From: a virus
Taxonomy: Duplodnaviria; Heunggongvirae; Uroviricota; Caudoviricetes; Crassvirales
DNA length: 64,000 nt
Direction: 5' to 3' (one strand)
Virus record (IMG/VR): IMGVR_UViG_3300029521_000003
A program made the translations under genes and the position numbers. The notes beneath the pieces are model-generated. The model had not been told where the DNA came from and did not search any database. It saw only the letters and a program-made list of their open reading frames with translations. Below, one piece after another: positions 55,084 to 64,000 of this stretch (position 1 is its first letter; the number at the start of each line of letters is the position of its first letter).

Positions 55084-55125
55084 TTAAAAAAGAAAGAGTC
55101 CACAAACTAAAATGTTTATGGACTC
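55084..55125 (-). terminator. intrinsic terminator after the 1458-aa gene
   Basis: GAGTCCA-16 nt loop-TGGACTC stem. On the - strand it is followed by TTTCTTTTTTAATTA. Confidence 0.4.
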
Positions 55126-55132
55126 CTATTAA

Positions 55133-58100
55133 TTATGCAAAATAGTGAATAATAGCATCATGGAACTCTGTTCTATATGTATTAGAAGTGTTCATTCCTA
55201 ACTTAATATAAGCCCAAGTGTTCCTTATCCTATCTCTGTTATTAACTATTGCTCTTGGTATATTAGCCCTCCATATCCTGAACTTCTTCTTTAATGGAGA
55301 AGGATGCCCAAGCATATTGGTAAGGGGAGTAGTACCATGCTGATATTCATTCCATACATCAAGAGTATCAAAAGTCTTGTTATTTATCAGTGTATCACCA
55401 TCCCAACTATCAGCTCTAAACTCTACTGTATTGAATATCTTATCATTTGGTTCCTCAGCATTAGCTACAAAGGTAATACTGAATGGCTTATATTCACCAA
55501 AGAACATATTATAGTCTCCAGCAAACTGTTCCCACATCTTACCATTCTTAAAGGCATAGAATTCACTACTTACATTGAACATAGCAGGAACTCCTTCATA
55601 ACTCATGAATGAAGTAAACTGGTTAATCAACTCTGAGTAACATAGGCAATGGTCTTTATAAGTAAAGTACACATCATTATTATTCTTGTCATAGAATGAC
55701 CTGTAGTTATTATAACCAACAGGTTCCCAGTTCACATGAACATTGTGAGTACTAATCCACTGTCTGAAACCTAACTTATCAGATAGACTGGTTATCTCTC
55801 CATTAAATAAATATAGAGAGTTAGTCTCATTATCTATAAAGTATAGTCCAGAAGGAGATTCTGCAATAGACCATTTATTAGCACAGCCTATAGTATTACT
55901 TATATATCTCTTACCACTTACCTTCAATCCATTAGTAATCTCAATTGGCATACCATCAGAAGTTGGTATCTGTACCCTACTATTAAATAGAATGTTACTT
56001 AGCCCCATTCTTTGGAAAGCAAATATTTCATTCCTGAAAGTATTCAGTGAAACTACTTCTCCCTTATCACCATCAAGGTCTAAGGTAGATGCCATAGTTA
56101 TATTAGTCCAAGTATCAATAATACTTCCTAATTGTTTCTCCTTAGTCCATGTTACAGTATTAGGGAAATAATTAAGATTGAACTTACTATGATTGATTGC
56201 CCTATAGTTAAAGAAGTTATTAGCTTGATTATATACAGGGTTCATCATATTAAAGTTAGTAGGAGTCATAGCTAAATTACTAATCTGACCCCTATTCTTA
56301 TCATACCTACCCTCTATATTAACCCTTGTCTCACACATGAAAGATACTATTTCATTTACACTGTTCTGGTCTTCAAGAGTTGAAGGATAAACCTTCATAC
56401 AGTCATATCTTTGGAAGAAAGTATCTCCTTCTGTATAACTAATGATAAGATAGTTTACAGGAGTTCCATCAGCATTTAATAAGCTGTATGGTTCACCTGC
56501 TGGCAACCATTGGTTATTTTCAAAGGCTTCTTCTGTCTGACCACCAAACCTATTCTGAACATTGTCATTATATAACTCAGCAAGGAATAGGTAACTATAG
56601 TTATTATCAAAGAAGTTACTTGTATAAGTACTAATAACATCCTGATATACATCATCCTTTATAGTAGAAGTAGTATCTGTAAGTCTCTTAGCTGCTGGAT
56701 TCCAAAAGAAGTGAGTATCATTTGCATTAGGAACCACAGGATTTACAGACCATGCAGTCTGATAATCAGTTTCTCTATTAGTAGGAAGTACTACTTGCTT
56801 ACCATCTTTGGTCCAATTAAATGCAAATACAGCATGTGGAGTTGATTTATACTTGATTCTTACAGCATCAGTTCCATTAGGAACCTTTGTAAGTTGAGCA
56901 CCATCACTTCTCTTAACAAACTGTATAGGGAATGAACCTCCTACAAACAACTGGTGAGCATAAGTCTCAGCAGTGTTTACACCAGTTACAACTATAGGAT
57001 AACCATCTTTTCTATTCAGAGTTTCAGTTCTTTCACCATCTTGGAACCTTGCAGTAACAGTATATTCATCATCTACTCTTGTAGCAGCTAATACCTTATC
57101 CACATTACCATAATAGTTCAAGTCTCCTAAACTTGAATTAGCAGGAGAAGGTATTCTAACTAATGATTGTTCATTAGAATTGAATATACTTACACCAGTA
57201 ATACCAGTATGATTATTATCATTCTCTACATAAGCTAACCAAGGAGAACTCAAGAAGTAAGAGAAAGAAGAGAATTTCATATTTGAAATCTTTTTCTTAT
57301 CAAGCATTGCAGTTCTTGTTCCCTCAGTAACAGGACCTTGGTTATTTAGAGAACCATTTCTATGCCAAGCATAAACCATAAAGGCTTCTGTATATCCGTG
57401 GTCATCATCTACTTTTTCCATATCAGTCATTTTATCAAACCAATATGCTCCAGAAACTAAGTTCTTTAATCCATGATAAGAATTGTTTTCAACCCCAACA
57501 AACTCCTTATAGAAGCCCATCTTGTTTGTATCATTAGCAGGTGTAGATACTTGAATATCTATATCTGAGGCATTACTTGTCATTGGTACTATACCAACTA
57601 TTCTTAACTTAAGACCTGATGAATCCAAGTTCTGAACTCCTTCATCAAACTCAATGTCTGGTGAATGAAGTGTGATAATAGATTGGTCCACAAAGAAATA
57701 CTCAGCATGATTAGCTGTCCAAGAATTTAAATCTGAACCTAATTGAGATACATAAGGAGTAGATGGTACATTAGCCAGACATTGTATTTCAGCTCCTCTT
57801 TCCCAGTTATTAGGAATGGGTCTATTATGTCTGAACTCAGCCCATGCACCCTTATTAACTATATCAATAAGAATAGTTCTTTCTTGAGAAGTTCCGGGGT
57901 CTACAGTGAGGTTAGTATTAGTATTCCTTATTACTGCTGCCTTAGAATTAGCATAGTCTGACCAACTGGAAGTAAGATTAGTCCAGTTATTTTGATTATG
58001 GTCAATATCAAATGCAAGATTAGGTCTTGAGAACCATGAAGCCTGTGCAAATGGAGAGTTACTGAATCTATCACCTACATTATATACAGTAGGGCACAAA

Positions 58101-59509
58101 ATACCTTGAGCTACTACCTCTCTATCTGTAAGTGAAGGATATACTACTACACCTCTTACTCTTGTAAATCCTTGACTAACTGCTGCTTGAATTACATCAG
58201 ATTGTAATGAATACTGAGCTTGCACAAGTGATAGACTATTATTTAGAGAAGGAGCAACTCCTGTGTTATACCCTCCCTCACTCTCTGGACCATTATAAGC
58301 ATCATTAACCCACACTGGTTCTGACCATTTACCACTCTTATGTTGAAACTGAATACCAAATCTATACCACTCTAAATACTTGAAACTCTTAATCTTAGAA
58401 CCAAGATACAAGCTATTCTTATATGGATAGAAACCAGATGTCTGTACAAAATTACCTACATACTTGGAAGTGAAACTTATATTTCCTCCCTTTACTTTAT
58501 TTATAATGTCAATACCTACTAACTTCCTCTGTATATTAGCATTACCTAAGAATAGAGTATTATCCTTCTGAGCCATAGTTCCAAATACTACATCCTCACC
58601 TCCTACATATAATAACTCAGTGGGGTCAACACTGGTTCCAGTAGTACCATTATCTACATAAGTCAGGGTAGTTGTACTGCCTGTACTTGGATTGATGGGA
58701 ATATCTACTACATTAAGTACATTAGGAGTAGCATCTATACTTGCTCTATGAATAGAATAAACCCTTACATAATCAAATCTTGTATCTGCATCTTCTATGG
58801 TAATAGTAAAGCTATTACTTACTTTCTCTTCTGGAGAGGCTCCTCTACTTGCAAAGGATATATATTCAAGAGGAGAAGTATAAAAGATATTACTCTCCTG
58901 TCCATACTTATTGTAATAAGTAAAAGCATATTGAATTACACCTGATGAAAATGAACCACTTGCAAGGTCATTTCTCACAACTGTAACAGTTTCCTTAAGA
59001 CTTAAGTCCTGTACAAAGTTAAATGAGTTATCATCCCATTTAGTCCTTACATCATCTGTAGCTACAATATTAATAACCCTTGATTGATTAAGTCCATCAA
59101 TCCAATATACCTTTTGAATATTGTCATTTTCATATACACCAATATTCTCAATTGGGTAGTCTGTATTGAAATTCAGATTACCTGAGAATAGAGTAATAGT
59201 CTCAAAGTGAGTACCCTTATTTTCAAGTCTGTAGATATTATCTTTTGCACCTTTTGTGAAGAGGGTAACATAACTATTAAGCACATTATGCCCAAGTAAA
59301 ATCCCATCTATAACTACAGTGGCTCCAGAAGGTGATTTTAATGGAATCTCCTTATTACCTCTCTCATTAGTAACTGTCAAGAGAGTGTTATTATCTCTTG
59401 CAGTTATTCTAATGTTCTGAGCATCAAAGGCATACTCTGGGTTGAACTTAGAGACTGAAAGGTCTCTTTGCATCCCTTTAAAAAAGTGTTGTTCTTTCTT
59501 TAGTGCCAT
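55133..59509 (-). CDS. large structural protein, putative tail/receptor-binding component
   Basis: 1458 aa, N/T/S/G/Y-rich composition typical of tail fibre/spike proteins. Confidence 0.5.
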   Translation of the reverse strand: MALKKEQHFFKGMQRDLSVSKFNPEYAFDAQNIRITARDNNTLLTVTNERGNKEIPLKSPSGATVVIDGILLGHNVLNSYVTLFTKGAKDNIYRLENKGTHFETITLFSGNLNFNTDYPIENIGVYENDNIQKVYWIDGLNQSRVINIVATDDVRTKWDDNSFNFVQDLSLKETVTVVRNDLASGSFSSGVIQYAFTYYNKYGQESNIFYTSPLEYISFASRGASPEEKVSNSFTITIEDADTRFDYVRVYSIHRASIDATPNVLNVVDIPINPSTGSTTTLTYVDNGTTGTSVDPTELLYVGGEDVVFGTMAQKDNTLFLGNANIQRKLVGIDIINKVKGGNISFTSKYVGNFVQTSGFYPYKNSLYLGSKIKSFKYLEWYRFGIQFQHKSGKWSEPVWVNDAYNGPESEGGYNTGVAPSLNNSLSLVQAQYSLQSDVIQAAVSQGFTRVRGVVVYPSLTDREVVAQGILCPTVYNVGDRFSNSPFAQASWFSRPNLAFDIDHNQNNWTNLTSSWSDYANSKAAVIRNTNTNLTVDPGTSQERTILIDIVNKGAWAEFRHNRPIPNNWERGAEIQCLANVPSTPYVSQLGSDLNSWTANHAEYFFVDQSIITLHSPDIEFDEGVQNLDSSGLKLRIVGIVPMTSNASDIDIQVSTPANDTNKMGFYKEFVGVENNSYHGLKNLVSGAYWFDKMTDMEKVDDDHGYTEAFMVYAWHRNGSLNNQGPVTEGTRTAMLDKKKISNMKFSSFSYFLSSPWLAYVENDNNHTGITGVSIFNSNEQSLVRIPSPANSSLGDLNYYGNVDKVLAATRVDDEYTVTARFQDGERTETLNRKDGYPIVVTGVNTAETYAHQLFVGGSFPIQFVKRSDGAQLTKVPNGTDAVRIKYKSTPHAVFAFNWTKDGKQVVLPTNRETDYQTAWSVNPVVPNANDTHFFWNPAAKRLTDTTSTIKDDVYQDVISTYTSNFFDNNYSYLFLAELYNDNVQNRFGGQTEEAFENNQWLPAGEPYSLLNADGTPVNYLIISYTEGDTFFQRYDCMKVYPSTLEDQNSVNEIVSFMCETRVNIEGRYDKNRGQISNLAMTPTNFNMMNPVYNQANNFFNYRAINHSKFNLNYFPNTVTWTKEKQLGSIIDTWTNITMASTLDLDGDKGEVVSLNTFRNEIFAFQRMGLSNILFNSRVQIPTSDGMPIEITNGLKVSGKRYISNTIGCANKWSIAESPSGLYFIDNETNSLYLFNGEITSLSDKLGFRQWISTHNVHVNWEPVGYNNYRSFYDKNNNDVYFTYKDHCLCYSELINQFTSFMSYEGVPAMFNVSSEFYAFKNGKMWEQFAGDYNMFFGEYKPFSITFVANAEEPNDKIFNTVEFRADSWDGDTLINNKTFDTLDVWNEYQHGTTPLTNMLGHPSPLKKKFRIWRANIPRAIVNNRDRIRNTWAYIKLGMNTSNTYRTEFHDAIIHYFA

Positions 59510-59511
59510 AT

Positions 59512-60186
59512 TTATTCATCTTTATATTTCCATTTATAACCAGCTCTGGATTTTCTTTCTCCCTTACAACATCTAATAATGTCTCTATCAGATTTTATAT
59601 TAAGACTTCTTGCAGCTTCTTTTATAGAAGGAAACTCTCTTATAAATTCCCCACTCAAACTGAGTTGGATGACTGGTTTAGCTAAAAGGGTTTTTACTAT
59701 AGTTACCCCTTTAATATATACATCTTTACTCATAGGTCTTCCTTTCATAGTATCAGAAATCTTCTTCTTATGTTCTTCTGAGAGCTTTCTATCTTTCCTT
59801 TGAGTTGACCATATAGTTCTTGTATATACAGTAGGAGTCCAACTACAACCTAAGTGACCATCACCTCCATCAGTAATATTATAAGAGACTCCTAAGTTCT
59901 TATAATGTCTTATTAAATCTTTCTCTAAATTCTTAGCTCTTTCTTCTGTAAGGTTTGTAAACAGAACTTGGTGTTTTATATTATCCCATCCATATTTATC
60001 TATAGCATTTTGAAATAGAATACAATTAGAGTACCCAGTACCATATCTCCATCTTCTGTTAATCTCTTTAGAGGTAATACCTACATAAATCTTACCAGAA
60101 GGAGAAACATGTCTATAAATAGTCCACTTAATGACTTCTGATGTATTCTTTATTTCCAAGATTTTTGAATCCATATCTAAATTCAT
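59512..60186 (-). CDS. GIY-YIG homing endonuclease (free-standing)
   Basis: WTIYRHVSPSGKIYVGITSKEINRRWRYG matches the I-TevI-like GIY-x10-YVG...RW motif. C-terminal NUMOD-like DNA-binding repeats KKISDTMKGRPMSKD and AGYKWKY. Overlaps the 3' end of the upstream gene by 59 nt. Confidence 0.6.
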   Translation of the reverse strand: MNLDMDSKILEIKNTSEVIKWTIYRHVSPSGKIYVGITSKEINRRWRYGTGYSNCILFQNAIDKYGWDNIKHQVLFTNLTEERAKNLEKDLIRHYKNLGVSYNITDGGDGHLGCSWTPTVYTRTIWSTQRKDRKLSEEHKKKISDTMKGRPMSKDVYIKGVTIVKTLLAKPVIQLSLSGEFIREFPSIKEAARSLNIKSDRDIIRCCKGERKSRAGYKWKYKDE

Positions 60187-60832
60187 TAGTTCTTGGAATT
60201 AACTGGTTCCAAGAATTTGTAATTGCCTCCATCTCACTAACTGATGGGATTAAGAACTCATTATTGCACTGTCCAGCAACAAAGGCATAGGACTGTTGAG
60301 TATTATTTAGTACAGCAGGACTTATCTTACCCATGTCAAAAAGAATAGTAAACCATTCTTTCTTAATGTATAGTTCCAATGCTTTAAGGAAGATAGAGTT
60401 GTCAGGAATTAAAGGAAGACCTTCATCATCCAACATAATAGCCTTATAGCTAATATCTATCTTCTCTTCTTTTATCGAAGTAAATATTACCCTTCCCTGT
60501 GTCTTGAAAGAAGGTTCTCCTCTTGAACAATCTCTATTATGGTCATGGGTAGGGTAAGCATTGAAATTATCAGTCATAGCTCTTAAAGCTATTCCATTCT
60601 TATGTAACCTGACCTGATTAATAGAGATTAAATCACATGGAAGTTCTCCTCTATACTCCTTAATATCTATAGTCTCAATCTTATCAACATAGACATTAGG
60701 AAGTCCCATTGCACTAATAAAGTCCAATGTATATTGAATAGCTGTCTCAAGATTGAGGTCAGTAAGTAGTGGGTGTCTTAGTAATCTGTCAAGTACTACT
60801 CTTATATTTACATAGCTAACATTATTAACCAT
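60128..60832 (-). CDS. virion structural protein
   Basis: 234 aa in the - strand structural block. ATG start. Confidence 0.45.
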   Translation of the reverse strand: MVNNVSYVNIRVVLDRLLRHPLLTDLNLETAIQYTLDFISAMGLPNVYVDKIETIDIKEYRGELPCDLISINQVRLHKNGIALRAMTDNFNAYPTHDHNRDCSRGEPSFKTQGRVIFTSIKEEKIDISYKAIMLDDEGLPLIPDNSIFLKALELYIKKEWFTILFDMGKISPAVLNNTQQSYAFVAGQCNNEFLIPSVSEMEAITNSWNQLIPRTNEFRYGFKNLGNKEYIRSH

Positions 60833-61382
60833 ATCTTAATTTCCTTTCTAAGTAAGGAGCATCTATTAAACCCTCCTTTATTCTTTGTTTAAGCCTTGTC
60901 TTTAAATCTTTATTAAAGAGAAATTCATAGTAAGATTTATTGTTATAAGTAGCTGACTCTCTATTGTAATATACTTTAAAGATTTCATTCTCCTCTACTC
61001 TAACTAATGTCTTATCTTTGAAAGCCTCTTCATCTTCATACCAAAGTTTGAGTGTCTTATCCCAGTCTATAGGAAGATTAGTATGAATCTTTCCATCCAT
61101 TCCCAACCTTACTCTCCTATCATATTTCCTTATCTCAATAGTACCCATTGATTTAGGAAGTTTGACATCATGACCCAGTAATAATTCATCAACCAAATGT
61201 AAGTTTATCTTTCTTATAATAGCAAAGTATTGTGACTCAGTAAGAACATACTCCTTACTATCAGGTTTATTCTTTCTATAATACTTATAGCCATCATACA
61301 CACCAAGAGAATTTCTTACTTTATATTCCCTTGGTTGGTTGACCTTCTTTATCCTCCTTTTAAATTCTCCCAGTGTCTCCAT
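60825..61382 (-). CDS. virion structural protein
   Basis: 185 aa. 8-nt overlap with the upstream gene. Confidence 0.45.
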   Translation of the reverse strand: METLGEFKRRIKKVNQPREYKVRNSLGVYDGYKYYRKNKPDSKEYVLTESQYFAIIRKINLHLVDELLLGHDVKLPKSMGTIEIRKYDRRVRLGMDGKIHTNLPIDWDKTLKLWYEDEEAFKDKTLVRVEENEIFKVYYNRESATYNNKSYYEFLFNKDLKTRLKQRIKEGLIDAPYLERKLRYG

Positions 61383-62059
61383 TATCTTACATCATCTAAA
61401 TCATCATGGGCATTATTATCTTCATCCTTTGGACTGTACTCAGGACCTCTTAATTCTTTTATCACAAGTTCAATTAGTGGAGGAACTAAAGCATCTTCTA
61501 TTGGAAACTCCTTATCCTCTAACTTGCATATTGTACCATTCTCTTCTGGACAAGCTAATTCTGATGCTTCCTTAGCATCTTCAAATATTGCATTGAATCT
61601 TACTTTCTCCAGATACAGGAACTGAGGATTCCATGACTTGAAATATAAGTATCCATCAGGAGCTTTTGAACAATAGATTATATTTCTTAGGAACTTATTA
61701 TAACCTACATATCTCATTCTATCCCTACTTATATAAGTAATCTCACCTTGATAAAAGTCCATAGGATATACCCTTGGATTACCTATCATCATAGTGGTAG
61801 GAACCTTATTCTTACTTCTTAAATAGGAGCTACCTTCACAAGGTTCTCCACTAATAGCTGGAACCTCAATAAGGTCTAAACATATACTCTGATAGTCACT
61901 ATCTGGTATCTGTTTCTTTATGTCTGAATATCTCTGTTTCAGTAAGAATGACCTATACTTTACAAGCAGAAATATGATATGGTCTTTTGTATAAAAGCTA
62001 TCATCTGAGCTTAGCTTAAGCTCATCAAGCACCATATAAATTACTTCATTATATGTCAT
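61382..62059 (-). CDS. virion structural protein
   Basis: 225 aa. Preceded on the - strand by a 12-bp perfect hairpin. Confidence 0.45.
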   Translation of the reverse strand: MTYNEVIYMVLDELKLSSDDSFYTKDHIIFLLVKYRSFLLKQRYSDIKKQIPDSDYQSICLDLIEVPAISGEPCEGSSYLRSKNKVPTTMMIGNPRVYPMDFYQGEITYISRDRMRYVGYNKFLRNIIYCSKAPDGYLYFKSWNPQFLYLEKVRFNAIFEDAKEASELACPEENGTICKLEDKEFPIEDALVPPLIELVIKELRGPEYSPKDEDNNAHDDLDDVR

Positions 62060-62085
62060 AGTTTTATTATTATATTATAAAATTA

Positions 62086-62131
62086 AACCCTTGTGCAAAA
62101 GTAAGTAATTAAACTCAACTGCACAAGGGTT
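62086..62131. repeat. perfect 12-bp inverted repeat (hairpin) in an intergenic region
   Basis: AACCCTTGTGCA (62086-62097), 22-nt loop, TGCACAAGGGTT (62120-62131). AT-rich flanks. Lies between two - strand structural genes. Confidence 0.5.
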
Positions 62132-62160
62132 TTACTATTTTTATATTCAGGGTATAAAGA

Positions 62161-62505
62161 TTATGCTTCTACTCTAAAGTTATCATCCTCAGTACTTCTT
62201 AATATACTATCCTCTGTTATTCTTGGTACAAATATTCTATTGTTAGAATGAACCAAAGTATCATAGCTCTCAAACATTGGAAAGTCTATCATACAAGTAC
62301 TTCCTGCCAGACAGTATAGTGCATTTACTATATGCCTATAATCATCTTGTGTCACATAATAAGACATTTCTCCTGCTAACATTTCTTCCATGAAGAAGAG
62401 AATTATTATCTTATCTACATCACTGTACTTCTTATATCCAAATTGAGATAGAGTAGTAAAGTATCTTGTGATGGCTTCCTCAGATATTTCAAGCATTTTA
62501 TCCAT
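62161..62505 (-). CDS. hypothetical structural-module protein
   Basis: The track ORF starts at GTG 62514; in-frame ATG at 62505 (MDKMLEIS...). Confidence 0.4.
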   Translation of the reverse strand: MDKMLEISEEAITRYFTTLSQFGYKKYSDVDKIIILFFMEEMLAGEMSYYVTQDDYRHIVNALYCLAGSTCMIDFPMFESYDTLVHSNNRIFVPRITEDSILRSTEDDNFRVEA

Positions 62506-63148
62506 AGCATCCACAATTAGAGGTTGGAGACTTGCAATTATTCTTTATGAAGAATCTATTCCAATACTTGATAGCCTGTGGATAGTTTCCAGTTCTTACA
62601 CAAAGTTCAATTGCCTTTAACTTAAGTATCATATCAATGAAACCCTTTGGTATATTACAATCACATTCTACTTCCTTTAGATACTTAAGGGTTTGTTTAT
62701 ATATAGGCTGCAAGTTAATTACAGTACCTAATATTTGGTCCTTATCAAATCCACATGGAGTATCAGTTGATGGTGTACCTTTAGCCCTTACATATACAAA
62801 GAACATAGTGCTGCAAGGAGAAACCTTCAAGTCTTGAATATTTAATTCAAGTCTTACATTCTTCATTTGTTGTGTGCCATAAGTGAAGCAATATGATTTA
62901 TCTTCCTCAACTCTTACTGGATTGCAATTACATTGCTCAGGAAGAGAATAGGTTAAATCATAGGCATCCTCTACATTATATACATAAAGAGGATTGTCAC
63001 TTGGTCCATTCATCACAAAAGTATCTTGGGTATCAATGACTATACTATCTAACAGAACATTCTCAAAGTAGTCCTGATTATCTACAGATACATCTATAAT
63101 AAGAAATCTGTTATCTTGTGTTATTCTTAATTCATTAAAATGTAGCAT
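62498..63148 (-). CDS. virion structural protein (Cys-containing)
   Basis: 216 aa. ATG start 19 nt downstream of a - strand intrinsic terminator. Confidence 0.45.
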   Translation of the reverse strand: MLHFNELRITQDNRFLIIDVSVDNQDYFENVLLDSIVIDTQDTFVMNGPSDNPLYVYNVEDAYDLTYSLPEQCNCNPVRVEEDKSYCFTYGTQQMKNVRLELNIQDLKVSPCSTMFFVYVRAKGTPSTDTPCGFDKDQILGTVINLQPIYKQTLKYLKEVECDCNIPKGFIDMILKLKAIELCVRTGNYPQAIKYWNRFFIKNNCKSPTSNCGCYG

Positions 63149-63168
63149 AGTTCATATTTTTAATTGAT

Positions 63169-63201
63169 AAAAAAAAAGGAGCATAGTTAATTCTATGCCC
63201 C
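63169..63201 (-). terminator. intrinsic terminator after the 63219-64000 gene
   Basis: On the - strand: GGGGCATAG-aattaac-CTATGCTCC hairpin followed by TTTTTTTTT (63177-63169). Confidence 0.55.
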
Positions 63202-63218
63202 TTCTAATGCTATATCAC

Positions 63219-64000
63219 TTAGGATAAAGTAGCAATTGTAAGCCCTGATGCAGCATTGATAGCACCAATTAGAGCATTCATTGCAGTGTGACTACCATCA
63301 TTTACAGCAATCAGTGTAATAGTCTTTTCAGACTTTTGAACTGATTCATTGCTTCCTGTGTAGAAGTAGTGAATATCCAGTACATCATAAACTGCACTTG
63401 GGTCTACCAAGTAAGTAGTCTTAATAATGTTAGGATAACCCATTCCTCTGTAAATGTCACCTCTTGCACCCATGCAGAAGTATTCAAGGTCTGCAATAAG
63501 ATGTCCATCAGGAACAGTCTTCTTAGGAGTAACTACAGTTGCAGCACCCCAAAGTCTATCTTCACCATCAACTGTAATAGTCAAGAACTGAGGAGTAAAA
63601 GGAATAAATGCCTGAGGCATCATACCAAGGACCCAAGGTTGTTCAGCTTCTTCAATGATTATCTTATCATAATCATTCTTATTAAGGTCAGATTCCTTAG
63701 TGGTAGCTGTTACTGGAACATCAGTTCCATCTGCTGCTGCACTATTAAGGTAAATATTCACAAGAGGAGTAGATTCTGTCTTATTCTCAAGATTCTTAGC
63801 TAAAGAAATAGCCATCTTCTTGTAGAAGTCTGATGCAGTCATTCCACTTCTTGCAATTACTTCACCATACTTAAAGTACTGGTCTTCTTCTGACAAACCA
63901 ATGTATTGTCTGAAAGCCAATCTCAAGATATAATTCTGACCTGCTACAGGAGTTGCAGATACATCTGCATCAAGAGTAACTGAGTACCTAATCAGCTTAT
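63219..64000 (-). CDS. structural protein, 5' end outside window
   Basis: The reading frame stays open to the window edge. The apparent start at 63926 is only a TTG chosen by the ORF finder. The gene is followed by a strong intrinsic terminator, suggesting high expression. Confidence 0.45.
   Translation of the reverse strand, partial: KLIRYSVTLDADVSATPVAGQNYILRLAFRQYIGLSEEDQYFKYGEVIARSGMTASDFYKKMAISLAKNLENKTESTPLVNIYLNSAAADGTDVPVTATTKESDLNKNDYDKIIIEEAEQPWVLGMMPQAFIPFTPQFLTITVDGEDRLWGAATVVTPKKTVPDGHLIADLEYFCMGARGDIYRGMGYPNIIKTTYLVDPSAVYDVLDIHYFYTGSNESVQKSEKTITLIAVNDGSHTAMNALIGAINAASGLTIATLS

Noticed and set aside
1-64000. Stop-codon reassignment (TAG or TGA recoding) reported for some crAss-like lineages
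   Set aside because: All large genes, including the 2413-aa, 2323-aa and 1458-aa proteins, are uninterrupted in the standard code, and both TAG and TGA are used as gene ends with tight coupling to the next start. There is no evidence for recoding in this window.
1-64000. CRISPR arrays, integrase or lysogeny module, transposases
   Set aside because: There are no direct repeat arrays with spacers and no tyrosine/serine recombinase or repressor motifs. The only mobile-type gene is the GIY-YIG homing endonuclease. The window looks like an obligately lytic crAss-like genome segment.

Overview
This window reads as a contiguous piece of a crAss-like (Crassvirales-type) podophage genome, AT-rich (visually about one-third GC), densely packed with overlapping start/stop codons, with no rRNA, tRNA or CRISPR detected.

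Coordinates 1-44033 are transcribed on the + strand. They hold a replication / nucleotide-metabolism / accessory module:
- SF2 helicase, DnaB-like helicase, TOPRIM primase, RecA-fold ATPase, family-A DNA polymerase with 3'-5' exonuclease.
- Class II ribonucleotide reductase (NrdJ-type), ThyX, dUTPase, uracil-DNA glycosylase, a T7-endonuclease-I-like resolvase, a PD-(D/E)xK exonuclease, a HAD phosphatase.
- Then a 2413-aa virion-type RNA polymerase (gp66-like DFDVD motif) and a 1349-aa cargo-like protein.

Coordinates 44120-64000 are transcribed on the - strand and encode giant virion/tail proteins (2323, 1458, 769 and 541 aa), smaller structural genes and a free-standing GIY-YIG homing endonuclease. 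The two blocks converge on a bidirectional hairpin terminator at about 44.04-44.09 kb.

Most notable accessory content:
- An adenylosuccinate-synthetase (PurA/PurZ-family) gene, a candidate for the 2-aminoadenine 'Z-DNA' pathway.
- A tightly coupled JAB/JAMM metalloprotease plus E1-like (ThiF/MoeB) adenylyltransferase operon, i.e. a ubiquitin-like conjugation or sulfur-carrier module.
- An orphan NrdG/QueE-like radical-SAM enzyme.
- A HicA-like RNase toxin fused to an acidic tail.
- A membrane-anchored retropepsin-like protease.
- Two vWA proteins.
- An SPFH-domain lipoprotein.
- A recurring ACTAAAAAAAAAA-N2-3-ATG upstream element that marks at least five + strand transcription-unit starts.

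All functional calls are from motifs I can read directly in the translations; no database searches were possible. The ORF track uses TTG/GTG as well as ATG starts, so several starts were moved to the nearby in-frame ATG.
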